Below the pieces are notes generated by a model. It did not search any database. It saw nothing but the letters and a program-made list of their open reading frames with translations, and was not told the origin of the DNA. A stretch of DNA of 64,000 nt from Acidobacteriota bacterium (GTDB lineage Bacteria > Acidobacteriota > UBA6911), in contig OY761556.1 of the NCBI GenBank assembly GCA_963664705.1, positions 32,001-96,000 on the forward strand. Direction: 5' to 3'. The position numbers were made by a program, and so were the translations under genes. This document shows positions 38,576 through 48,479 of this stretch, piece after piece (position 1 is the first letter of the stretch; each line of letters begins with the position of its first letter).

Positions 38576-39460
38576 CTATTTGCCTTTGTTCTGCTCCAAG
38601 CTGCGATACACCAGCTCCAGCCATTGCGGTGTTGGCAGAAATCCCTTCGTCCATGGGGCGAACCGGTCCGGGAGTCCGGCAGCTTTGATTTGATCGAGCG
38701 TCTTTCCTTCCTTCATCTGCCTGCGAACCACATCCGCGGAATCGAAGAGCATCTGTCGGAATGATTTCAGCTCGGCAATGCCGGCCAGGGGGCCGTGACC
38801 CGGGATGATCTTCGTGTCGGCTGGAAGGATAGCCAGGAGGGCGTCCAATTGGCGTACCCAGTTGTCGATGTTTCCACCGTTTGCGACATCCATGAAGGGA
38901 AACATGCCGTTGAAAAACATATCTCCGGTATGAATGACTTTGTACTTGTCAAAGAAGACGATCGTGTCTCCGTTGGTATGTGCATTCGCATAGTGAACCA
39001 GGCGGACCGGATCATTTCCCGTATACAGCGCAGCTTTGTCGGAGAAGGTAATTGAGGGCAGAGCCTCCGTGGGTAGAGGTTCGGTTTTCTGGCCCATGAG
39101 TGTCTGGGGCTTGGCCAGCAGGGTCCGAACGTTTTCCTGAGCAACAATCGTGGTTTCGGGGCCGAAGACTTTGTCGCCGTCCGTATGGTCGCTGTGCCAA
39201 TGGGTATTGATCAAAAAACGTATCTTGCCGTTGCCCGGCAAATTCTTCAAAGCCGCCCGAATCTGCCCGGCGGACACTGGATCCATGGCATCGATCATCA
39301 GGATTCCGGCGGGATCTGCAAGGACGCCAATATTGCCGCCTCCCCCCTGAAGCATGTAAATGGGGCCGGCTACCGGTACAACGGTGATTGCTGCCTGATT
39401 TTGAGCCAATGCGGGCATGCAGGTGAGTGCTGCAAAAAGGGCCAGGACTGCGGCTTTCAT
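38576..39460 (-). CDS. Secreted metallo-beta-lactamase-fold hydrolase
   Basis: NTHWHSDH, AHTNGD, HTGD, IPGHG. Confidence 0.88.
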   Translation of the reverse strand: MKAAVLALFAALTCMPALAQNQAAITVVPVAGPIYMLQGGGGNIGVLADPAGILMIDAMDPVSAGQIRAALKNLPGNGKIRFLINTHWHSDHTDGDKVFGPETTIVAQENVRTLLAKPQTLMGQKTEPLPTEALPSITFSDKAALYTGNDPVRLVHYANAHTNGDTIVFFDKYKVIHTGDMFFNGMFPFMDVANGGNIDNWVRQLDALLAILPADTKIIPGHGPLAGIAELKSFRQMLFDSADVVRRQMKEGKTLDQIKAAGLPDRFAPWTKGFLPTPQWLELVYRSLEQNKGK

Positions 39461-39635
39461 GGATATCCACCTTTCTATCTACGATTGCTCTGAAGTGTAG
39501 ACCGCTTCCCCTTAACGGACAGGCGGTCCGCGTTGATTACGGCTGGTTTGCCGGCTCCAAAGGGATCCGACTAAATACTAGCAGCAGAAGCCTAAATCCG
39601 GTATGGTTTCCAATTACAAACAGCGAGGGGTGGAA

Positions 39636-40916
39636 ATGACGGCAAATGTATTTGACGAACTGAAATGGCGAGGACTGGTATATGACGCTACCGAGAATGT
39701 TCCCGAAATGCTCGGGAAGGCTCCGGTAGCCGTTTATAACGGTTTTGATGCTACCGCGGACAGCCTGCACGTCGGGCATATGGTGCCTCTGATTGCGTTG
39801 GCTCGACTGCAGCGGTTCGGGCATATCCCGATTCCCGTTGCCGGGGGCGGGACGAGCATGATTGGCGACCCGAGCGGCCGTGCAACGGAACGCCTGCTTC
39901 TCTCGAAAGAAATCATCGAGGCCAATCTCGAGTGCATCAAACAGCAGCTTGCCCACTTCCTTGATTTCGATGTCCAATCGAATCCGGCCCGCCTGGTGAA
40001 CAATGCCGACTGGCTGCTGTCGCTCAACCTCGTCGATTTTCTCCGCGATATCGGCAAGCATTTCACCGTGAACTACATGATCAACAAGGATTCGGTCAAA
40101 ATGCGTTTGGAACGCGAGGATGGGATCTCGTTTACCGAATTCAGCTATATGCTGCTGCAGTCGTATGATTACCTGCATCTTCACGACCATCATCACTGCA
40201 CGCTTCAGACCGGAGGGAGCGACCAGTGGGGAAATATCACAGCCGGAGTCGAGTTGATTCGGCGGATGCGCGGCAAGCCGGCAGGAGCGCTGGTATATCC
40301 GTTGATCACAAAAGCTGACGGTACCAAGTTTGGTAAGACCGCATCCGGCTCAGTCTGGCTGTCCGCGGAACGAACCTCCCCGTATCGCTTTTACCAGTTC
40401 TGGCTGAATACCGATGATCGAGACGTCATTAACTACCTGAAGTACTTTACCTGGCTCAGCCAGCAGGAGGTTCAGGAACTCGAGGCGTCCCTGGCGGAGA
40501 AGCCGGAGCAACGCGAAGCGCAGCGAAGGCTGGCGCGCGAAATAACTCGGATGGTTCACGACGAGACGGCGCTGCAAAAGGCGGAGCAGGCAACCCAGGT
40601 ACTGTTTGGCGGCGAGCTTACCGGATTATCCGCGACTGAAGTCGCGGATATTTTCGCGGATGTCCCGTCCGGTCAGATCTCTGTTCAGCAGCTTCAGGGA
40701 GACGGTGTGGCGATTGCCGATCTGCTGACGGAATGCCAGGTTTCGAAATCAAAAGGGGAAGCGCGCCGCTCCATCGAAGCCGGCGGGATTTATGTGAACA
40801 ATCAGCGCGTTGCCGGTGTGGGCGCCAAGGTCACCTTTGCCAATGCGATTGACGGGCAATTTCTCGTGTTGCGCAGCGGACGGAAGAATTACTGCCTCGT
40901 GCGGGTAATTCAATAG
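39636..40916 (+). CDS. tyrS: Tyrosyl-tRNA synthetase
   Basis: [27 protein letters not shown]-terminal S4 domain. Confidence 0.97.
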   Translation: MTANVFDELKWRGLVYDATENVPEMLGKAPVAVYNGFDATADSLHVGHMVPLIALARLQRFGHIPIPVAGGGTSMIGDPSGRATERLLLSKEIIEANLECIKQQLAHFLDFDVQSNPARLVNNADWLLSLNLVDFLRDIGKHFTVNYMINKDSVKMRLEREDGISFTEFSYMLLQSYDYLHLHDHHHCTLQTGGSDQWGNITAGVELIRRMRGKPAGALVYPLITKADGTKFGKTASGSVWLSAERTSPYRFYQFWLNTDDRDVINYLKYFTWLSQQEVQELEASLAEKPEQREAQRRLAREITRMVHDETALQKAEQATQVLFGGELTGLSATEVADIFADVPSGQISVQQLQGDGVAIADLLTECQVSKSKGEARRSIEAGGIYVNNQRVAGVGAKVTFANAIDGQFLVLRSGRKNYCLVRVIQ

Positions 40917-41067
40917 CTACAAAAATGTATCATACTCTGATCAGTATACGATAATGTAAGTCCGGCGCGTCTACACCCGGCGTGCCGGATGCGGTTTTTC
41001 CTGCCGAGTTTCCAAATAGCCAATCCAAAAATGTAGGAGATCGGACCATTTGCCTACAATTATGTAG
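40917..41067. promoter_or_regulatory. Four CTACA-N4-TGTAG-like palindromes, candidate enhancer sites
   Basis: 40917-40930, 40946-40959, 41023-41036 and 41054-41067 (the last is perfect), upstream of a sigma54 promoter. Confidence 0.65.
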
Positions 41068-41183
41068 TCTCTGCCCCTTGGCTGGACCCACGGGTCTGCC
41101 CGCTGCTAAATTTCTATTAACTATTTGAAAATAGATAGGATCCGCCCATCATTCCGGCCCGATTTCAGGGTGCATCCGCCTAT

Positions 41184-41198
41184 TGGCATGCATCTTGC
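41184..41198 (+). promoter_or_regulatory. sigma54 (-24/-12) promoter of glnK-amtB
   Basis: TGGCAT-GCATC-TTGC. Confidence 0.8.
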
Positions 41199-41265
41199 AA
41201 TGCCTGGTGTGTACGGAGTTTGCGCATCTTGGTGAAGGAAATTGCATAGTGAGGGTGGTGTGCTT

Positions 41266-41604
41266 ATGAAATTTGTCATTGCGATTATTCGTCCCCATCG
41301 TTTGCAGAATGTCAAGGAAGCTCTGTCGGATGCCGGTGTGGTGGGTCTGACGGTCACGGATGTTCGAGGCGCGGGGCGGCAGAAGGGTCAGATCGAGCGG
41401 TATCGGGGATCGGAATACAAAATTGATTTGATCTCCAAGTTGAAGCTGGAACTGGCAATCGAAGACGACCAGGTTGAGACGGTGGTTCAAGCCATCCGGG
41501 ACTCTGCCTACACGGGGGAAATCGGGGATGGAAAGATCTTCATCCTTCCTCTGGAAGATTCCATGCGGATCCGGACTGGGGATCGGGGAGAGAGTTCTTT
41601 ATAA
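41266..41604 (+). CDS. glnK: P-II nitrogen regulatory protein
   Basis: AIIRP, GAGRQKG, YRGSEY, TGEIGDGKIF, RIRTG; directly upstream of amtB. Confidence 0.95.
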   Translation: MKFVIAIIRPHRLQNVKEALSDAGVVGLTVTDVRGAGRQKGQIERYRGSEYKIDLISKLKLELAIEDDQVETVVQAIRDSAYTGEIGDGKIFILPLEDSMRIRTGDRGESSL

Positions 41605-41635
41605 GCAGGTGGTGTTTCATACTCGAGGATATGCC

Positions 41636-43045
41636 ATGAATCGAAAGTATTTATTGCTGATTGTTGCGGTACTTCTTCTTTTGGAGATTGCGCCGGCTTT
41701 TGCGCAGTCCGATGTTGCCGCAAAGGCCATTGAACCCGCGGACGCCAGGATTGCCCGGCTGGAGGCTCAGGTGCAGGAAGCCAAGAGCGCCGGAGACAAC
41801 GGCTGGATGCTGGTCAGTTCCGCTCTTGTTCTCATGATGACCGGGCCTGGCCTTGCGCTTTTCTACGGTGGGCTTGTGCGGAAGAAAAATGTCCTGTCGG
41901 TCATGATGCAAAGTTTTATCCTCATGGCTGTTGTGACGGCGCTGTGGGTCATCGTCGGATACAGTCTGGCTTTTTCGCACGGCAATTCCTTCATCGGCGG
42001 ATTTGAGCATCTATTCCTGCACGGAGTAGGCGCGGCGCCGGATGCCGACTATGCTCCGACAATTCCCGCCCAGACCTTTATGGTCTATCAGCTCATGTTT
42101 GCCATCATCACGCCGGCCCTCATTACCGGCGCATTTGCCGAGCGGATGAAATTCAGCGCGATGCTGGCTTTCACGGTCATCTGGTTCTTCATTATCTACA
42201 CTCCGCTGGCGCACATGGTGTGGGGGAAAGGCGGCTTCCTGAATGCCGCGCTCGGCGGACGTATCCCCTGTCTCGATTTTGCCGGGGGCACGGTGGTTCA
42301 CATCTCCTCCGGTGTTTCCGCGTTGGTATGTGCCATTTTCCTGGGAAAGCGGATTGGATATCCGCGTGAGCCGATGCCTCCCCACAGCGTCGTTCTGAGC
42401 GTCATCGGTGCCTGCCTTTTGTGGGTGGGGTGGTTTGGCTTCAATGCCGGCAGCGCATTGTCTGCGGGTTCATTGGCCACGAGCGCCTTTGTCGCGACGC
42501 ATCTGAGCGCAGCGGCGGCAACACTTGGATGGACCGTCTCGGAATGGATGCGAACCGGCAAGCCCAGTGTATTGGGAGCCATTTCCGGATCGGTAGCCGG
42601 GCTGGTGGGGATAACGCCGGCGGCAGGTTTTGTCGGGCCTATGGCTGCTTTGGCCATTGGTCTGGTCGTTGGCGTTGTCTGTTACTTCATGGTCGCCAAG
42701 ATCAAGGGGCTTTTTGGCTATGATGACTCCCTGGATGCCTTTGGAGTTCATGGCGCCGGCGGGACGCTGGGGGCATTGTTGACGGGCGTGTTTGCCATCA
42801 GCGGCGTAAATGCAATTTTCAAGGATCCTCAAGGCAAAGCACTTCCGGTCGGACTGCTGGAAGGGAATGGACACCAGTTGCTGAATCAGTTTGCAGGTGC
42901 GCTGATCGCCTGGGTCATTGCCGCCATTGGAACCTATGTGATTCTGAAGATCGTGGACGCGACTATCGGACTCCGCGTTTCGCCGGATGACGAAATCACC
43001 GGGCTCGACCTCAGCCAGCACGGCGAAGAGGGATACAATATGTAG
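41636..43045 (+). CDS. amtB: Ammonium transporter
   Basis: GLALFYGG, QLMFAIITPAL, DFAGGTVVH, WFGFNAGS, DDSLDAFGVHG, HGEEGY. Confidence 0.96.
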   Translation: MNRKYLLLIVAVLLLLEIAPAFAQSDVAAKAIEPADARIARLEAQVQEAKSAGDNGWMLVSSALVLMMTGPGLALFYGGLVRKKNVLSVMMQSFILMAVVTALWVIVGYSLAFSHGNSFIGGFEHLFLHGVGAAPDADYAPTIPAQTFMVYQLMFAIITPALITGAFAERMKFSAMLAFTVIWFFIIYTPLAHMVWGKGGFLNAALGGRIPCLDFAGGTVVHISSGVSALVCAIFLGKRIGYPREPMPPHSVVLSVIGACLLWVGWFGFNAGSALSAGSLATSAFVATHLSAAAATLGWTVSEWMRTGKPSVLGAISGSVAGLVGITPAAGFVGPMAALAIGLVVGVVCYFMVAKIKGLFGYDDSLDAFGVHGAGGTLGALLTGVFAISGVNAIFKDPQGKALPVGLLEGNGHQLLNQFAGALIAWVIAAIGTYVILKIVDATIGLRVSPDDEITGLDLSQHGEEGYNM

Positions 43046-43050
43046 CAAAA

Positions 43051-43078
43051 AGGAGGCAGGATTCGTTCCTGCCTCCTG
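43051..43078. terminator. Hairpin terminator between convergent genes
   Basis: AGGAGGCAGGA-TTCGT-TCCTGCCTCCT. Confidence 0.7.
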
Positions 43079-43082
43079 CCTT

Positions 43083-45302
43083 CTACATTCTCAACAAATA
43101 GCTGAGCTTCACAAAAAACTGACGTCCCGCCGATGTGTCCGGCAGTCCATTCCGTTGCATATAGGGCGACACCCGCGGGTCCATATGCATATTTTCGTAA
43201 TTATCCGTGTAGCCTACATAAACGGCGGTCCCAGGGTGCAGCAGATAGGTGAAGAGAAAGTCCAGGCCCAGCCGCTTGGTGTGCTCCAGGTATACCAGGG
43301 AACTGTTCGGCAGGACAGCGTTGTAATCGATGATCGCCCGGAGCGAGAATTCGCGTGAGAACTGATAATTCACTTTTGAGCGGAAGATGTGGTTGTTGAA
43401 AATGCTTGCATCGGAATGCTGAGGTGAGGCGAGGCGGGAGTACAGATAGGTTTCGTTCACGTTCAGGCGTGCCGATGGCTTGAGCGTAAAACCGAATGTA
43501 TTATCGAAGGATCTGGCCAGGAATGGCCTGAGTCCGCCGGCGGGATAGTAATTAATGCGGTCTCCTCTTCCGATGGAGGCGTTGAAAGCGAGCCACCGGA
43601 GCCACTCCGTGCTGAAATCGACGCTGCTATAGCTCTTGCGAAAATCGATCCCATCAAAACGTTCAAAGCTCTCGGTGTGTCCGATGAAGATATTGGTCAT
43701 TCTGGTGAGTTCGAACATAAAGGATGGATTGGCTTTCCAGTCGGTCATGGTGCCGCTGTAATCCCAGGTGACCGATCCCGCAATATGCGGGCCGAAACTC
43801 ACGACTTTGCTTTTTTCGGGCCGCCATGAATAACCCATGTCGTAACCGGTTTCCCTCATATTGACCCGCTGGATAAATCCCAGGTCGGTTTCAAAATCGG
43901 GGCTGTGGTCCTGGTAGTAGGTATTCATGTGGAACTTGCGGCCGGATCTGCTCAGTCGCGCATATCCGGCTGCGCCATCGTAGCGGCGGCCTGAGAGCGT
44001 ACGGGTTCTGCTGGCGATCAGTTGACCCGTAGCGGTCCAGTTCGTGCCGAACTTCAGCCGTGTATCGATAGCGAGGATACGGTTGGAACTGGACCCGAAA
44101 TCCCTGCTGGTGGCCAGCATCCCGATGCGGGACTCCTTGCCAAGTTCGCGATAGATCCTAAGAACGCCGATCCCGGCCCTGTCTTCATAGTAAGGATCAT
44201 CCGGAGCGCGCATTTTTCCCTCGGCCCGGTCGTCTGTTGCCAGGGCGCCGACCCCCCAGCGGCCCAGCTTTCCGGTCATACGGAGTCCAACCTGCGGATC
44301 CATAATGCGACGCGAAAAGAACAGGTTTTCCGGGGTTTGAAAAAAGTCCGCGTTTTCGATGAAGAAGGGGCGTTTTTCCGGGAAGAACACCTCGTAGCGC
44401 TGATTGACCGTGACCTGCGGAGAATCCGACTCCACCTGGCTGAAATCCGGATTGACCGTCATGTCGAATGTCAATGCATCCCGCAGGATCATCTTGGCGT
44501 CCACGCCGGCGCGGGCATCCTTGTCATTGCTGTAGTTCAGCCCGGGAATCGTCGAATCCAGATTTCGGGCGGCAGAGAACATGCCGTAGGGAATGAACTG
44601 GAAATTGCGTCCAGGCGAAATGTTGGCGAGCCCATTCAGGTGGCCGAACTGGCCGGTCCAACTCGGCAGGAGACGTCGCGTGACATGAGGCCATGTGCCG
44701 GATTCATTATTCCTCAAAATAAACCTTGATAGCAGGATGCCCCAGGTCTGAGTCGAGGTGTGCGGGAAGCGCAGACTTTTAAACGGGATAGTCATAAACA
44801 CGATATAGCCGTCCGACGTCAGTTTGCCTTCCGAGTACCAGAGAGTATCGAAACTGTCGTCATCCCCGCTGTCGGAATGAATGTAGTCCATCTGAATCCC
44901 ATAGGGATTTGCCGAGAAACCAAAGTTGCGCCGGTGATCGTGAAAAGTATCGATGGATACATCCACCCAGTCGTCGCTGAAAATCGAGGCATCCCGCTTG
45001 GTGATGTGCGCTCTGATTTTCGCGGGATCGTCCTTGCAGTCGAACGCGACATAGATGTTCTTCTGGTCATAAGAGAGATAGGTTGTCGTTGGTCGGCTTA
45101 TCGGGTCGCCGTCGCCGGGATCGAATTGGCGGAAATCCGTAATTGTCAGTTCCGCCTCTCTGGGCGTCTTATTGAGAAAATCCTCGAATTTTGGAGGCCG
45201 CGAAACCATCGGAATACGTCCGGCCGGCGTATCCTGTGCGACTGCCGGGTAGAGTCCAAATGCAGCAAAAACGACAGAAAGCCACCTTCGATTCAAAATC
45301 AT
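43083..45302 (-). CDS. CBM9-like/DUF5916-type outer-membrane protein
   Basis: Signal peptide; IPFKSLRF, TVNPDFSQVE, FFPEKRPFF, FFSRRI; C-terminal FFVKLSYL. Confidence 0.8.
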   Translation of the reverse strand: MILNRRWLSVVFAAFGLYPAVAQDTPAGRIPMVSRPPKFEDFLNKTPREAELTITDFRQFDPGDGDPISRPTTTYLSYDQKNIYVAFDCKDDPAKIRAHITKRDASIFSDDWVDVSIDTFHDHRRNFGFSANPYGIQMDYIHSDSGDDDSFDTLWYSEGKLTSDGYIVFMTIPFKSLRFPHTSTQTWGILLSRFILRNNESGTWPHVTRRLLPSWTGQFGHLNGLANISPGRNFQFIPYGMFSAARNLDSTIPGLNYSNDKDARAGVDAKMILRDALTFDMTVNPDFSQVESDSPQVTVNQRYEVFFPEKRPFFIENADFFQTPENLFFSRRIMDPQVGLRMTGKLGRWGVGALATDDRAEGKMRAPDDPYYEDRAGIGVLRIYRELGKESRIGMLATSRDFGSSSNRILAIDTRLKFGTNWTATGQLIASRTRTLSGRRYDGAAGYARLSRSGRKFHMNTYYQDHSPDFETDLGFIQRVNMRETGYDMGYSWRPEKSKVVSFGPHIAGSVTWDYSGTMTDWKANPSFMFELTRMTNIFIGHTESFERFDGIDFRKSYSSVDFSTEWLRWLAFNASIGRGDRINYYPAGGLRPFLARSFDNTFGFTLKPSARLNVNETYLYSRLASPQHSDASIFNNHIFRSKVNYQFSREFSLRAIIDYNAVLPNSSLVYLEHTKRLGLDFLFTYLLHPGTAVYVGYTDNYENMHMDPRVSPYMQRNGLPDTSAGRQFFVKLSYLLRM

Positions 45303-45468
45303 GCCTTGCTCCAGGAATAAGCTGAGATCAGGGTTGCGAGACTATACGAAATGGAGCGGTTTGCGCAACAAATCCTTCCAGGATCAGACATATTCAGGAT
45401 CCGGAATTGCGTCCACGCTTCAAGCATGAACTTGACGAGCCAAGGCAGTGGCTCTAACATGATCTGCC

Positions 45469-47277
45469 ATGACAGAGAAAATCCGGCCCACCACTGGAAT
45501 CGCTCAGGTCGATAAGGCAATCGGCGGCGTCATTGACGGCGATAACCTCGTCTGGGAAATCGACTCGGGGGTTGCCGGAGATCATTTCATCTCGCAGTTT
45601 GTCCGCGCCTGCGAACAAAGCGGCATTCCCATCGTGTATGTCAGTTTCAACCGTTCGCCTCAGACGATCGCGGCCAAATATGCCCGTCTCATGTCTCCCG
45701 GCCGTTTTTCGCTGATCGACTGCTTTTCATCGGGGAAGGGCAATTCCGACGAGATGTTCCTTAAGTTTTTCGATGATCCGGCGCGCAACTCTGTCCACGC
45801 CCCGGTGCACATCGCCGATCCCGCGGATCCCTCGCGACTCGAACAGGCACTCATTGAAGTGGGGACGCGAGGCGGCCGATCTGCGAATTATGTTTTCGAT
45901 TCCCTCACTGGAATGCTGGATTTGTGGGGGGACGAGAATCGTGTGGTGCGGTTGTTCGGCCATCTCTGTCCGCGCCTGTATGACCTTAATACCCTTGCCT
46001 ACTGGTTGATTGAAACGGAAGCGCATACGGAAGCCTTCCTGGCCAAAGTGCGGCATATCACCCAGGTGGTCATGGAGGTATCCCTCTCAAATGGTCAGAA
46101 ATCACTGACCGTCCACAAAGCATCCGGCCGAATTGCCGAAATCGGTGTGCCTCAACCTCTGGATCTCGGAGAGGGGATTGCCTTCCATGAGGGAGAACAG
46201 CGGCATTCGCCCGAAGTCGACCCGATGACCAAACGCGGCGAGGAATTGAGAAGAACCTATCGCGTTGACAGCATTGTCGGAGGCAGCGCCGCGATTCGCA
46301 GGCTCCTGGGTGTGGCCGCAACCGCTGCGCGGTCGCGCTCTTCCGTGCTTATCACGGGTGAGACCGGCACGGGGAAAGAACTCATCGCCAACGTTGTCCA
46401 CTACAACAGCGACCGGGCCTCGGGGCCGCTGGTCAAAGTCAATTGCGGCGCTCTTCCGGAAACACTCCTCGAGACGGAGCTGTTTGGCCATGTCAAAGGA
46501 GCTTTTACCGGCGCGGTTCGGGATTATGAAGGCCGATTCCAAGCGGCTGACGGCGGGACGCTTTTCCTGGATGAAGTCAGCGAAATGAGTCCGCGCCTTC
46601 AGGTGAAACTTCTGCGGGTCTTGCAGGAGCGGCAGTTTGAACCCGTTGGATCTACTCGAACCGTGACAGTGGATGTCCGAATCGTTGCCGCCACCGGCAG
46701 AGACCTCCGCGCGGAAATCCGCGCAGGCAGATTCAGACATGACCTCTTTTACCGGCTCAACGTGATCCCCGTTCATCTTCCTCCCCTGTCTGAACGGCGC
46801 GAAGACATCCCGCTCCTCGTGGATCACTTTCTCGAAAAGTACAATCGTGAGGCGGACCGCCAGGTTACGCGCGTCCCACGGGAAGTCCTCGACAAGTTCA
46901 TGGCCTATTCATGGCCTGGCAATATCCGTGAACTGGAGAATTGTATTGAACGCGCCGTCGTCATGAGTCCGGACAACGAGGTTTCACTCGACATACTCCC
47001 GGAGGAAATCCAGGAGTGCCGAACCGATCTCGCGGCCGCGCCCGAACCTGGGAAAGAACAAGACCCCAAAGATGAATTGCGCCAGTCGGTCATCCGGTTG
47101 CTGCTATCAAACGACGATCCTTCCGGCATGCGTACCCTTATCCTCGAGACCGTTGAGGAGACGCTTCTGCGCCAGTTGCTCGAGTCCGGCCGCTATAGCC
47201 AGCGAGAACTGGCAACCCTGCTATCGCTAAGCCGAGTCACGCTGCGGAAAAAGCTCGAACACTACAAAATATCCTGA
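45469..47277 (+). CDS. sigma54-dependent activator with an N-terminal RecA/KaiC-like domain
   Basis: GETGTGKE, ETELFGHVKGAFTGA, LFLDEV, WPGNIRELEN, C-terminal HTH; N-terminal TTGIAQVDKAIGG...YVFDSL. Confidence 0.9.
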   Translation: MTEKIRPTTGIAQVDKAIGGVIDGDNLVWEIDSGVAGDHFISQFVRACEQSGIPIVYVSFNRSPQTIAAKYARLMSPGRFSLIDCFSSGKGNSDEMFLKFFDDPARNSVHAPVHIADPADPSRLEQALIEVGTRGGRSANYVFDSLTGMLDLWGDENRVVRLFGHLCPRLYDLNTLAYWLIETEAHTEAFLAKVRHITQVVMEVSLSNGQKSLTVHKASGRIAEIGVPQPLDLGEGIAFHEGEQRHSPEVDPMTKRGEELRRTYRVDSIVGGSAAIRRLLGVAATAARSRSSVLITGETGTGKELIANVVHYNSDRASGPLVKVNCGALPETLLETELFGHVKGAFTGAVRDYEGRFQAADGGTLFLDEVSEMSPRLQVKLLRVLQERQFEPVGSTRTVTVDVRIVAATGRDLRAEIRAGRFRHDLFYRLNVIPVHLPPLSERREDIPLLVDHFLEKYNREADRQVTRVPREVLDKFMAYSWPGNIRELENCIERAVVMSPDNEVSLDILPEEIQECRTDLAAAPEPGKEQDPKDELRQSVIRLLLSNDDPSGMRTLILETVEETLLRQLLESGRYSQRELATLLSLSRVTLRKKLEHYKIS

Positions 47278-47531
47278 AAGCCGTTCAAGCCTGCCTATCC
47301 ATGCTTCAAATTAGGCCCGGCAAATCAAAAAACCGGTTTCTTTTTTAACCGAAACCTGCACCCTTGGGTCCCGTAATTTCCCGCGCCTGGTAAAAAAACT
47401 GTTCCATGTGAAAACAAAATGATCCATTTCTCGAAATTATTGGTTCTTTTGTATATGAAATATAATTTCATAAAACTTGCATGGTTTTGAAAAGATTAGG
47501 TGAAAAAATTTATTCTCAAGTCGAGCTTATT

Positions 47532-47546
47532 TGGCACGGGCATTGC
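47532..47546 (+). promoter_or_regulatory. sigma54 (-24/-12) promoter of the second Hdr/Met/Glt cluster
   Basis: TGGCAC-GGGCA-TTGC consensus match preceded by an AT-rich tract. Confidence 0.85.
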
Positions 47547-47593
47547 TAATAGAAACGCCGAACGGCAATAAAAGTTGGGAAAGGAAACGATCA

Positions 47594-47926
47594 ATGCCCA
47601 AGAACCCAAAATATTACGGTCTTTGTGAGACTTGCGAGCATGACGAAACCTGTACTTTAAGGCGCAGCTCGGTACTCAAGATCATTCAATGCGAGGAATT
47701 CTCGATTCAACCCACGGCTGCCGCGGAGCACTTTGTCAAGGACGAGGTTCTTCATGATGATTTGCAGGAACAGTCCCGCATGGGGTTGTGTGCGAACTGT
47801 CTGAATCTTCCAAGCTGTGGATTTCCAAATGCACGCCATGATGTCGTGCAGTGCGAAGAATACATCCTGGATGAAGCTGGAGTAATCCCGCCGATTCAAA
47901 AAGTACGGTCGGAATCCGCCGCATAA
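47594..47926 (+). CDS. Small Cys-rich protein with a duplicated CxxC-x5-C...CEE motif
   Basis: GLCETCEHDETC...IQCEEF and GLCANCLNLPSC...VQCEEY; RBS AAGGA. Confidence 0.78.
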   Translation: MPKNPKYYGLCETCEHDETCTLRRSSVLKIIQCEEFSIQPTAAAEHFVKDEVLHDDLQEQSRMGLCANCLNLPSCGFPNARHDVVQCEEYILDEAGVIPPIQKVRSESAA

Positions 47927-47948
47927 ATAGATTTAGGAAAGAGACAGA

Positions 47949-48479
47949 ATGGATACCCTCCCCGAGCAAGCTGCCATCACAGTTTTTTTGTGCGCCAATT
48001 GTGCCCGTCCCGGCCAGGTGCCGACATCTTCCGGGCGGACACGGCCTGTTGTCCCGAATTTCGAATGGACTTGTCCCGTCGAGCAGATAGTTGTTCCCTG
48101 TGCTGGACGTCTTCAGCCGGAGAATGTGCTGAAAGCCTTTGAGAAGGGTTCCAGTGTTGTATCCGTAATTGCGTGCCAGGAAGACAACTGCCATTACATT
48201 GAAGGCAGCCGTCGATGCACGCTTCGCGTGGATTATCTTCGCTCGCTTCTTGACGAAATCGGGCTTGGCGGAGATCGCCTGTTATCGTTCTCCCTGCCGG
48301 GCTCCGCATCCCAGGACTTGGCTTTGACTTCGGGTTTGCCCGCAATAAAGACAGCCCAGGATTCGCTCGCGACTCAAATCATTCTTATTCGCGATCAGGT
48401 TATGGCGACGCTCCAGTCGTGCCCGCCCAATCCGATGGCACAAATGCCGGCGGAAGCTTCCGTGGGAGGGGTGGAATAA
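47949..48479 (+). CDS. Divergent MvhD/FlpD-like [2Fe-2S] protein
   Basis: FLCANC, VPCAGRL, LKAFEKG, ACQEDNCHYIEGS, LDEIGL. Confidence 0.82.
   Translation: MDTLPEQAAITVFLCANCARPGQVPTSSGRTRPVVPNFEWTCPVEQIVVPCAGRLQPENVLKAFEKGSSVVSVIACQEDNCHYIEGSRRCTLRVDYLRSLLDEIGLGGDRLLSFSLPGSASQDLALTSGLPAIKTAQDSLATQIILIRDQVMATLQSCPPNPMAQMPAEASVGGVE

Noticed and set aside
39470-39635. T-box riboswitch upstream of tyrS
   Set aside because: No convincing T-box consensus (GGTGGNACCGCG) or terminator/antiterminator seen
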